64,000 nt of DNA from Antedon mediterranea. Taxonomy: Eukaryota; Animalia; Echinodermata. Below, piece after piece: positions 53,316 through 64,000 of this stretch. Position 1 is the stretch's first letter, and every line of letters starts with the position of its first letter. The stretch covers positions 9,841,432 to 9,905,431 of the forward strand of contig NC_092679.1 of assembly GCF_964355755.1 (NCBI RefSeq). The letters run 5' to 3'. Position numbers and translations under genes: made by a program. The notes below the pieces were generated by a model, which was given only the letters and a program-made list of their open reading frames with translations, ran no database searches and was not told the origin of the DNA.

Positions 53316-55043
53316 AAAATAAAAGGGTCTAAATTTGGCCATTTTTCGAAAATTTCCCCGAGGGGGACCATAAGATTTTTTTTCGAAAAATGGCGACAAT
53401 TTACACTTTTTAAAATTCGAAAATTCAATAATTATGCTATAATATCGCCGTTTTTCCAAATATATTGTGCTAACATCATCTTATAGAGCCATAGTAACTA
53501 GTTATGTCAAAAAATAAAAGGTACAAAATTTGGCCATTTTTCGAAAATTTCCCTGCTGGGGACCATAGGAATTTTTTCGAAAAATCGCCAAAATTTCCAC
53601 TTTTTAAAATTCAATAATTATGCTATAATATTGGCATTTATGCAAATATATTGTGTTAACATCATCGTATAGAGACATAGCAGCTAGTTATGTCAAAAAA
53701 ATAAAGGGTCGAAAAATGGCCAAAATTCCCACTTTTTAAAATTCAATAATTATGCTATAATATTGCCATTTTTGCGACAATTTCCCTGCGGGGGACTACA
53801 CGATTTTTTTCGAAAACGACCAAAATGTGCACCTTTTTAAATTCTATAATTAGGCTATAATATTGCCATTTATGCACATATATTGTGTTAACATCATCTT
53901 ATACAGCCATAGTAAGTCGTTATGTCAAAAAACAAGGCCAACAACAATAAGTTGCGTGCTCTCAGAAATAAATGAACTTTCAAAAAGTAATGTACTTTAA
54001 AACTTTTCTGTACATCAAAACAGTTCAAAAGTACAGAAAAGTGAAAAAACGCAAAGTGATACCGGACCGACAGACAGACCGACAGACCGACCGACATAGT
54101 AAACTGTAGAGTCGCGTCCACGCGACTAATAAAAGGTTTGATGTTTGGCCATTTTTGCGAAAATTTCCCTGCGGGGGACCATAGGAATTTTTTCGAAAAA
54201 TGGCAAAAATTTCCAATTTTCAAAATTCTATAATTAGGCTATAATATTGCCATTTATGCGCATATATTGTTTTAACATCATCTTATAGAGCCATAGTAAC
54301 TAGTTATGTCAAGAAATAAAAGGGTCGAAATTTTGCCATTTTTGCGAAAATTTCCCTGCAGGGAACCATAGGATTTTTTTTCGAAAAATGGTCAAAATTG
54401 TCATTGTTTAAAATTCAAAAATTATGCTATAATATTGCCATTTATGCAAATAATTATATTGTGCTAACATCATCTTATAGAGCTATAGTAACTAGTTATG
54501 TCAAAAAATAAAAGGTACAAAATTCGGCCATTTTTCGAAAATTTCCCTGCTGGGGACCATAGGAATTTTTTCGAAAAATGGCCAAAATTTCCACTTTTTA
54601 AAATTCAATAATTATGCTATAATATTGGCATTTATGCAAATATATTGTGTTAACATCATCGTATAGAGACATAGCAGCTAGTTATGTCAAAAAAATAAAA
54701 GGGTCGAAAAATGGCCAAAATTCCCACTTTTTAAAATTCAAAAATTATGCTATAATATTGCCATTTATGCACATATATTGTGCTGACATCATCTTATAGA
54801 GCCATAGCAACTACTTATGTCAAAATATAAAAGGGTCGAAAATGGAGAAAATGTTACACTTTTTAAAAATAAATAATTATGCTATAATTTTGCCATTTAT
54901 GGACATATATTGTGTTAACATCATCTTATAGAGCCATAGTAACTAGTTATGTCAAAAAATAAAAGGGTCGAAATTTAGCCATTTTTCGATAAATTTTCCT
55001 GCTGGGGACCATAAGATTTTTTTCGAAAAATAGCGAAAATTTA
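53316..55043 (-). repeat. Satellite A in inverted orientation
   Basis: CATCATCTTATAGAGCCATAGTAACTAGTTATGT is the reverse complement of the satellite A core. Confidence 0.93.
53933..54127 (-). mobile_element. Short HINE-like element, same family as 48889-49727
   Basis: The reverse strand reads AGTCGCGTGGACGCGACTCTACAGTTTACTATGTCGGTCGGTCTGTC...GCACGCAACTT...TTGGCCTTGTT. Confidence 0.8.
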
Positions 55044-56426
55044 CTCTCTCTCGCTGATCTATCTCTCTCTCGCTGATCTATCTCTCTCTCGCTGATCTAT
55101 CTCTCTCTCGCTGATCTACCTCTCTCTCGCTGATCTATCTCTCTCTCTCGCTGATCTATCTCTCTCTCGCTGATCTATCTCTCTCTCGCTGATCTATCTC
55201 TCTCTCGCTGATCTATCTCTCTCTCGCTGATCTATCTCTCTCTCTCTCTCTCTCTCGCTGATCTATCTCTCTCTCTCTCTCTCTCTCTCGCTGATCTATC
55301 TATCTCTCTCTCGCTGATCTATCTATCTCTCTCTCGCTGATCTATCTATCTCTCTCTCTCGCTGATCTATCTATCTCTCGTTGATCTATCTCTCTCTCGC
55401 TGATCTATCTCTCTCTCGCTGATCTATCTCTCTCTCGCTGATCTCTCTCTCTCTCGCTGATCTATCTCTCTCTCGCTGATCTATCTCTCTCTCGCTGATC
55501 TATCTATCTCTCTCTCGCCGATCTATCTATCTCTCTCTCGTTGATCTATCTATCTCTCTCTCTCGCTGATCTATCTCTCTCTCGCTGATCTATCTCTCTC
55601 TCGCTGATCTATCTCTCTCTCGCTGATCTATCTATCTCTCGCTGATCTATCTCTCTCTCGCTGATCTATCTCTCTCTCTCGCTGATCTATCTATCTGTCT
55701 CTCGCTGATCTATCTATCTGTCTCTCGCTGATCTATCTATCTCTCTCTCGCTGATCTATCTATCTGTCTCTCGCTGATCTATCTATCTCTCTCTCGATGA
55801 TCTATCTCTCTCTCGCTGATATATCTCTCTCTCGCTGATCTATCTCTCTCTCTCTCGCTGATCTATCTCTCTCTCGCTGATCTATCTCTCTCTCGCTAAT
55901 CTATCTCCCTCTCGCTGATCTATCTCTCTCTCGCTGATCTATCTCTCTCTCGCTGATCTATCTCTCTCTCGCTGATCTATCTCTCTCTCGCTGATCTATC
56001 TGTCTCTATCGCTGATCTATCTCTCTCTCTCTCGCTGATCTATCTCTCTCTCGCTGATCTATCTCTCTCTCGCTGATCTATCTCTCTCCCGCTGATATAT
56101 CTCTCTCACGCTGATCTATCTCTCTCTCTCTCGCTGATCTATCTCTCTCTCTCTCGCTGATCTATCTCTCTCTCGCTGATCTATCTCTCTCTCGCTGATC
56201 TATCTCTCTCTCGCTGATCTATCTGTCTCTTTCACTGCTCTATCTCTCTCTCGCTGATCTATCTCTCTCTCGCTGATCTATCTCTCTCGCTGATCTATCT
56301 CTCTCTCGCTGATCTATCTGTCTCTTGCTGATCTATCTCTCTCTCGCTGATCTATCTCTCTCTCTCTCGCTGATCTATCTCTCTCTCTGTTGCTGATCTA
56401 TCTCTCTCTCACTGATCTATCTCTCT
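55044..56426. repeat. CT/CGCTGATCTAT minisatellite (second block)
   Basis: Same unit and same strand as 1-13279. Confidence 0.98.
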
Positions 56427-57350
56427 TTGAATTTAAAAAATTGGAAATTTTAGTAAGTTTTCGAAAAAATTCCTATGGTCCCCCGCAGAAAATTTTCGAA
56501 AAATGGCCAAATTTTAGGCCTTTTATTTTTTGATATAATTCATTACTATGGCTCTATAAGATGATGTTAGCAAAATATATCTGTATAAATGGCAATATTA
56601 TAGCATAATTATTTAATTTTTAAAAGTGGAAAATGTCGACATTTTTCGACCCTTTTATTTTTTTGACATATCTAGTTACGATGGCTCTTTAATAAGATGA
56701 TGTCAACACAATATATGTGCATAAATGGCAATATTATAACATAATTATTGAATTTGAAAAAGTGGAAAATTTTGCCATTTTTCGAAAAATGGCAAAATTT
56801 CGACCCTTTTATTGTTTGACATAACTCGTTACTATGGCTTTATAAGATGATGTTAACACAATATATGTTTATAAATGGCAATATTATAGCCTAATTATTG
56901 AATTTTAAACGGTGGACATTTTGGTTAATGTTAGCAAAATATAATTGTATATATGGCAACGTTATAGCATAATGCATAATTATTGAATTTTAAAAATTGG
57001 GAATTTTTGCCATTTTTCGAAAAAATTCCTATGGTCCCACGCAGTGAAATTTTCGGAAAATGACAAAATTTCGACCCTTTTATTTTTTAACATAACTAGT
57101 TACTATGGCTCTATAAGATGGTGGTAACACAATATATGTGCATAAATGCATATATTATAGCCTAATTATTGAATTTTAAAAGGTGGACATTTTGGTTGTT
57201 TTTCGAGAAAATTCCCGTTGTCCCCCGCAGGGAAATTTTCGGAAAATGACCAAATTTCGATCCTTTTATTTTTTTACATAACTAGTTACTATGGCTCTGT
57301 AAGATGATGTTAGCCCAGTAAATTTGCATAAATGGCAATATTATAGCATA
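56427..57350 (+). repeat. Satellite A (second forward block; paralogous to ~14510-15420)
   Basis: Shares diagnostic variants (CATATCTAGTTACGATGG, GCATAATGCATAAT, CCCGTTGTCCCCCG) in the same order. Confidence 0.93.
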
Positions 57351-57801
57351 AATGGTTACTATAGCATAATAAACATGCGCAATGTCGAATAATGCATTCT
57401 GCGCATGTCAATTGTTTTTTATTATGCTATAGTAAGCATTTATGTAAAAAATAAAAAAGTTCAAAATTGAAAAAAATCCCTGTACCATTACAGGGATTTT
57501 TTCGCAAAATGGCTAATTTTCGTACCTTTCACTTTTTACATCAATGCTTACTATAGCATAATAAACATGCACAGAGTCGAATAATGGGTTCTGTGCATAC
57601 TTATAGTACAGGGATTTTTTACAAAAATGGGCAATTTTCGACCCCTTTATTTGTAGACATAAATGGTTACTATTGCATAATAAATATGCGCAGAGTCGAA
57701 TAATGGGTCTGCGCATGTTAATTGTGCAATAGTAACCAGTTTTATCGCAAAAAAGAAAATGTCGAAAATTTGCGATTTTTCGAAAAATCCCTGTACTATA
57801 C

Positions 57802-59900
57802 AATAGCTTCAAATCGCATTTGGAGACGTTTTAGACCATTTTGTGATTTTCGAAAAAACATGTTAACATAAAAAACACCAAAGGGCTTAGAATAGCTTCA
57901 TATCACATTTGGAGACGTTTTAGACAATTTTGTGATCTTAGAAAAAACTTGTTAACATAAAAACACCAATGTGCTAAGATTAGCTTAAAATCGCATTTGG
58001 AGACATTTTAGACCATTTTGTGATTTTCGAAAAAACTTGTTAACATAAAAACACCAATGTGCTAAGAATAGCTTCAAATCGCATTTGGAGACATTTTAGA
58101 CCATTTTGTGATTTTCGAAAAAACTTGTTAACATAAAAACACAAAAGTGCTTAGAATAGTTTCAAATCGCATTTGGAGACGTTTTAGACCATTTTGTGAT
58201 TTTCGAAAAAACTTGTTAACATAAAACACCAAAGTGCTAAGAATAACTTCAAATCGGATTTGGAGACATTTTAGACCATTTTTTGATTTTCGAAAAAACT
58301 TGTTAACATAAAAACATCAAAGTGTACAGAATAGCTTCAAATCGCATTTGTAGACGTTTTAGACCATTTTGTGATTTTCAAAAAAAACTTGTTAACATAA
58401 AAACTTCAAAGTGTAGACGTTTTAGACCATTTTGTGATTTTCTAAAAAACTTGGTTCCACAAAAACATCCAAGTGCTTAAAATCACATTAGAAACCGTTT
58501 TAGACCATTTTGAGCATTTCGATCAACTTTTCACAAAGAGACATCAAAGAGCACAAAATAGCTTAATATCGTATTTGAAAACGTTTAGACCATTTTGAGC
58601 ATTTCGACAAAAATTTGTCACACAAAACACCAAAAATGCTTAGAAAAGCTACAAATCGCATTTGGAGACGTTTTAGACCATTTTGTGATTTTCGAAAAAA
58701 CTTCTTAACATAAAAACACCAAAGTGCTTAGAATAGCTTCAAAAAGCATTTGGAGACATTTTAGACCCTTTTGTGATTTTCGAAAAAACTTGGTTACACA
58801 AAAACACAACAGTGCTTAAAATAGCTTTAAATTGCATTTGGAGAAGTTTTAGACCATTTTGTGATTTTCGAAAAAACTTGTTAACATAAAAACATCAAAG
58901 TGTACAGAATAGCTTCAAATCGCATTTGGAGACGTTTTAGACCATTTTTGTGATTTTCTAAAAAACTTGTTAACATAAAAACACCAAAGTGCTTAGAATA
59001 GCTTCAAATCGCATTTGGAGACGTTTTAGACCATTTTGTGATTTTCGAAAAAACTTGTTAACATAAAAACATCAAAGTGTACAGAATAGCTTCAAATCAC
59101 ATTTGGAAACGTTTTAGACCATTTTGTGATTTTCGAAAAAAGTTGTTAACATAAAAACATCAAAGTGTACAGAAAAGCTTCAAATCGCATTTAGAGACGT
59201 TTTAGACCATTTTGTGATTTTCGAAAAAACTTGTTAATATAAAAACATCAAAGTGTACAGAATAGCTTCAAATTGCTATTGGAGACGTTTTAGACCTTTT
59301 GTGATTTTCGAAAAAAATTGTTACCATAAAAACACCAAAGTGCTTAGAATAGCTTCAAATCTTATTTGGAGACGTTTTAGACTATTTTGTGATTTTCGAA
59401 AAAACTTGGTTACACAAAAACATCAAAGTGCTTAAATCACATTAGAAACCGTTTTAGACCATTATGAGCATTTCGATAAAACTTTTCACACAAAAACATC
59501 AAAGAGCACAAAATAGATTAATATCGTATTTAAAAACGTTTTTGACCATTTTGAGCATTTCGACAAAAAATGTTCACACAAAACAGCAAAGTGTACAGAA
59601 TAGCTTCAAATCGCATTTTGAGACGTTTTAGACCATTTTGTGATTTTCGAAAAAACTTGTTAACATAAAAACACCAATGTGCTAAGAATAGCTTCAAATC
59701 GCATTTGGAGACATTTTAGACCATTTTGTGATTTTCGAAAAAACTTGTTAACATAAAACACAAAAGTGCTTAGAATAGCTTCAAATCGCATTTGTAGACG
59801 TTTTAGACCATTTTGTGATTTTCGAAAAAACTTGTTAACATAAAAACATCAAAGGGTACAGAATAGCTTCAAATCGCATTTGGTGACGTTTTAGACCATT
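57802..59900 (+). repeat. Satellite B (second block, no insertions)
   Basis: 88-bp unit as above. Confidence 0.95.
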
Positions 59901-60840
59901 AATATAAAGACTAACAAGGACAATAGAGCTTGTCCCCGGAAAGTGCACCTATTCATTGAAATATGAAATTAAATATTAGGTCTCCAGTAGGCCTACTAGC
60001 CCACCATGTTTGGGGCAGAGCTAATAATTAAAAAAGAGCCCAGAATTGCACTTATACTTATACTTATTACCATACATAATCACCTATGATATTTATGATA
60101 TTTGTTAAAAATTCAACTATCCAGATGCGCATGCGAATTCAAAAGTTTAGGTAGAGTTTTCTACTTTAAAAACTCGACTTCGTATATGCCTAAGGCCTAG
60201 CCCGGCGGCGGAATTAGTCTAAGTTTCGAAATCAGTCTGGAAATCGGAATCTTTGCAAATGTTCTATATTTGATCAATTTCACTCTCCATTAACCCCATA
60301 CAAAAATCATCGGAGACAAATTATCTGTTTAAAACATGTTTATTCTGGGACGGTGCGGCCATACACACCAACTACCATCCATAAATGTTTATTCATAACA
60401 TATTACAATACAATATCTTGCATGAATCGGACATTTCGCTACAAATGTAGCAACATTGATTAACAAAATCAAAATTCAACAGTGTGGCGTGTTGACCGCG
60501 AATTACTAACAATACCATCTTTCCCACTACACCTGCAAAAACTCATTTGCATAATAACAAACAGCATACCAAACTATGGTGAGACATACATTCTCTTCTA
60601 AACACGTAACGAAGATAAATTATTTTCTTTTTACATTAAATTGAGGGCGCTAAACATAAATTTTACGAGATCAAATACATGTAGCGAAAGCCAAAAAAAA
60701 ATTTAAAAATGTGCTCTCCCTGCCTCAGCACTAAGGCCCTGCCACGGCCTTGGGATCGTTTCCATCACATCATCACCAGATGCATTGCTAGTGCCTTCTC
60801 AAGATGTGTGGTGGAAAGGGGGGACGTAAATTCTGTGAAC
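59901..60840. repeat. Segment D second copy (lacks the tRNA-like head at 52613-52786)
   Basis: Aligns to 51660-52612, then joins directly to satellite C. Confidence 0.92.
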
Positions 60841-61807
60841 TTATAAATAGACTATTATAAACTGTTCTGTCGTGTACTACTTTATGGCATAACGGGTAAT
60901 GCTCAGTTTTGAGTGCTCCCAGTAGTGGGTTCGAACCTGTAAGTATATTTTTTTTTTTATTTGAAAATAAATATTGTTTTTTGAAAGTGAGATATTTTGA
61001 GGGTTGTAAATGTCAGGCCTAAACAAGTGGACATTTTTTTCAATCAGAAACAAAGTTGCAGGGCATTATTTTTCATTGATTGATCATTCATTTCATATAA
61101 ATAGACTGATATCAGCTCTTCAGTCATCTACTGGTTTGTGGCGTAACCGGTACTGCTAAGGGTTGAGTTCTCGCAGTAGTGGGTTCGAAGCTCTACGAAT
61201 GTTTTTTTTCTTTTTTTTTTAAATTGAAAATAAATATTGTTTTTGAAAGTGAGATATTTTGAGGGTTGTAAATGTCAGGCCTAAACAAGTGGACCTTTTT
61301 TAAAATCAGAAACAAAGTTGCATGGCATTATTTTTCTTTGGTTTATTATTTATTTCATATAAATAGAGTATTATCAGCTCATCAGTCATCTACTGGTTTG
61401 TGGCGTAACGGGTAATGCTCAAGTTTGAGTGCTCTCACTAGTGGGTTCGAACCTCTACGGATATTCTGTTTCTTTTTTTTTTAATTTAAAATAAATATTG
61501 TTTTTGAAAGTGAGATATTTTGAGGGTTGTAAATGTCAAGCCTAAACAAGTGAACCTTTTTTTACTCGGGGTACCCGAGTCTAGGACTTACTCATTTTCT
61601 CTTCTTCTTCCTCCATCTGGACACTATTGAGTAAAAAGTGCGATTTTTAAAGTACTACTCCTCCCTTATTCGTTGTAGTGTTGAGCTGGGATTTGGCATG
61701 AACATACTTCAGGGACATTTTTAATTTTTTGTTAATTAATTTGTTTAATTAAGAATCCACAATGTGTGACACACACCACAGCGTTATGTAGTTATATGGT
61801 TATATGC

Positions 61808-61880
61808 GGATTCTTGGCGTAGTGGTTATCACGTTTGCTTAACACGCAGAAGGTACCTGGTTCGAGCCCGGACGAAACCT
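61808..61880 (+). pseudogene. tRNA-Val(AAC)-derived copy
   Basis: TGGCGTAGTGGTTATCACG TTTGC TTAACAC GCAGA...GGTTCGAGCCC followed by a T-run. The acceptor stem is mismatched. Confidence 0.75.
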
Positions 61881-62094
61881 TTTTTTTAAACGTTATGGTG
61901 AAAAGTACTCTATACGCAATATGATAATTATACACAGTATATCTTATTTTTATTATTTTTTTAAATACTTATTTTGTGTAATCGGTAATTATCACTTTTA
62001 CACATGTTTATTTTTCTTTGTGCTTATTACCATATTTATTTGTAATTTAAATGGATTAAAAAACTTTCTGTAACCCACATTTTTAGTGTAAGTG

Positions 62095-62166
62095 GTTTTC
62101 GTAGTGTAGTGGTTGTCAAGTCTGCTTAACACGCAGAAGGTCCCGGTTCGAGCCCTGGCGAAACCT
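62095..62166 (+). pseudogene. tRNA-Val(AAC)-derived copy
   Basis: Perfect anticodon arm TCTGC-TTAACAC-GCAGA, with mismatches in the D, T and acceptor stems. Confidence 0.75.
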
Positions 62167-62327
62167 CGGGTTTCTTTTACTTTATGGTGAAATAACTGTA
62201 TACGTCTGTATACAGCTTCTTTCGCTGTACCCCGAGTATTGCACATTCGTGCTTTTTTGTTAATTAATTTGTTTAATTAAGAAGCCACATTGTGTGACAC
62301 ACACCACAGCGTTATGTAGTTATATGC

Positions 62328-62400
62328 GGCTTCTTGGCGTAGTGGTTATCACGTTTGCTCAATACGCAGAAGGTACCTGGTTCGAGCCCGGGCTAAACTT
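62328..62400 (+). pseudogene. tRNA-Val-derived copy (decayed, loop now TCAATAC)
   Basis: Duplicate of 61808-61880 with extra substitutions. Confidence 0.7.
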
Positions 62401-62606
62401 TTTTTTTTAAACTTTATGGTGAAAAGTACTGTATACGCAATATGATAATTATACACAGTATATCTTATTATTTTTTTAAATACTTATTTTGTGTAATCGG
62501 TAATTATCACTTTTACACATGTTTATTTTGCTTTGTGCTTATTACCATTTATTTGTAATTTAAATGGATTAAAAAACTTTCTGTAACCCACAATTTTAAT
62601 GTAAGA

Positions 62607-62678
62607 GGTTTCGTAGTGTAGTGGTTGTCAAGTCTGCTTAACACGCAGAAGGTCCCGGTTCGAGCCCTGGCGAAACCT
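62607..62678 (+). tRNA. tRNA-Val(AAC)-like, best preserved copy (may be a pseudogene)
   Basis: Acceptor GGTTTCG/CGAAACC and anticodon arm are perfect, and a T-run follows. There is one D-stem and one T-stem mismatch, and the discriminator is T. Confidence 0.55.
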
Positions 62679-63834
62679 ATTTTTCTTTAACTTTCTAACT
62701 GTATACGTCTGTATACAGCTTCTTTCGCTGTACCCCGAGTATTGCACATTCGTGCTTGTTAAAATCAGAAACAAAGTTACATGGCATTATTTTTCATTGA
62801 TTTATTATTCATTTCATATAAATAGAGTATTATCAGCTCTTCAGTCATCTACTGGTTTGAGGCGTAACGGGTAATGCTCAAGTTTGAGTGCTCGCAGTAG
62901 TGGGTTCGAACCTCTAGCGATATTTCTTTTATTTTTTTTTTAATTGAAAATAAATATTTTTTTTTAAAGTGAGATATTTTGAGGGTTGTAAATGTCAGGC
63001 CTAAACAAATGAACCTTTTTTAAAATCAGAAACAAAGTTGCATGGCATTATTTTTCATTGATTGATCATTAATTTCATATAAATAGACTATTATCAGTTC
63101 TTCAGTTATCTACTGGTTTGTGGCGTAACGGGTAATACCCAGGTTTGAGTGCTCTCAGTAGCGTGTTCAAACCTCTAGGGATATTGCTTTTTTTTTACTT
63201 ATTGAAAATAAATATTTTTGTTGAAAATGAGATATTTTTTAGGGTTGTGAATGTCAGGCCTAAAAAAATGAATCTTTTTTAAAATCAGAAACAAAGTTGC
63301 ATGGCATTATTTTTCATTGATTGATCATTCATTTCATATAAATAGACTATTATCAGCTCTTCAGTCATCTACTGGTTTGTGGCGTAACGTGTAATGCTCA
63401 GGTTTGAGTGCTCTGAGTAGTGGGTCGAACCTCTAGGGATTTTTTTTTTCTTTTTTTTTTTAAATATGGTTTTTGAAAGTGAGATATTTTGAGGGTTGTA
63501 AATGTCAGGCCTAAACAAGTGAACCTTTTTTAAAATCAGAAACAAAGTTGCATTGCATTATTTTTCATTGATTGATCATTAATTTCATATAAATAGACTA
63601 TTATCACCTCTTCAGTTATCTACTGGTTTGTGGCTTAACGGGTAATACCCAGGTTTGAGTGCTCTCAGTAGCGGGTTCCAACCTCTAGGGATATTGCTTT
63701 TTTTTCTTATTGAAAATAAATATTTATTTTGAAAATGAGATATTTTTTAGGGTTGTGAATGTCAGGCCTAAAAAAATGGATCTTTTTTAAAATCAGAAAC
63801 AAAGTTGCATGGCATTATTTTTCATTGATTGATC

Positions 63835-64000
63835 TGTTTGTTTCTGTCCACCGAACTCTCCAGTCTCCTTCTGGAATGACTTTAGTAACAATTTTCTTCT
63901 GCCTTTATTACCTCACTTACCAAAGTATGATGATATTTTTATTGTTAACGGTGTGAATGTTTCGTCACACCCTGTAACTGCTAGTTCATTTAATGATTTT
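63835..64000 (+). mobile_element. Possible start of a degenerate LINE (AP-endonuclease-like fragment)
   Basis: The frame from 63836 reads VCFCPPNSPVSFWNDF...DIFIVNGVNV, resembling the YRPP...iGDfN region of CR1-group endonucleases. The window ends here. Confidence 0.4.

Larger units (their letters stand above)
61564..62758 (+). mobile_element. Second HINE-like family carrying four tRNA-Val-derived copies, with a duplicated 3' half
   Basis: 5' ACTCGGG-GTA-CCCGAGT palindrome. The 3' subTIR GTACCCCGAGTA plus hairpin GCAC-ATTC-GTGC and T-rich end occurs twice (~62227-62255, 62730-62760). Inserted in a T-run without a TSD. Confidence 0.78.
60841..63834 (+). repeat. Satellite C (third block), interrupted by a HINE-like element
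   Basis: Same ~260-bp tRNA-like unit. Confidence 0.92.

Noticed and set aside
48860-54223. ORFs with SVGLSVCLSV repeats
   Set aside because: They are translations of the HINE (GTCY)n microsatellite.
41620-63956. Repeated small ORFs MSGLKKWIFF... and MFLILKKVH... as a peptide gene family
   Set aside because: They are chance frames in satellite C. They open and close with homopolymer length changes and overlap the tRNA-like cassette on both strands.

Overview
This is an AT-rich, intron-containing animal (invertebrate-like) repeat region with no recognisable host protein-coding gene. It is built from an ordered set of tandem repeats: a CT/CGCTGATCTAT minisatellite, a ~130/185-bp satellite A, a hairpin junction, an 88-bp satellite B and a ~260-bp tRNA-like unit C. 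That order occurs twice, at about 1-51290 and 55044-63834. The first copy is inflated by insertions: (i) a decayed Kolobok DNA transposon (15628-20173) with a nested Sola2-like TIR element; (ii) a near-intact Kolobok (21982-27766) with a spliced THAP-DDE transposase and a convergent KolX (P2X7-C-terminal-like) gene; (iii) a young full-length Ty3/Gypsy LTR element (29400-39265) with gag, a -1 frameshift, pol and an extra non-env ORF that looks like a BTB-like domain plus a RING-like finger; (iv) a 5'-truncated L2-type LINE. Three HINE/Helentron-like elements are also present, one carrying four tRNA-Val-derived copies. The most notable candidates are the Gypsy accessory ORF, the ~40-unit array of tRNA-Gln-like Pol III cassettes with ordered variants, and the shared first exon of the two convergent genes of one Kolobok. 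Family assignments come from motif recognition by eye; no database search was run.
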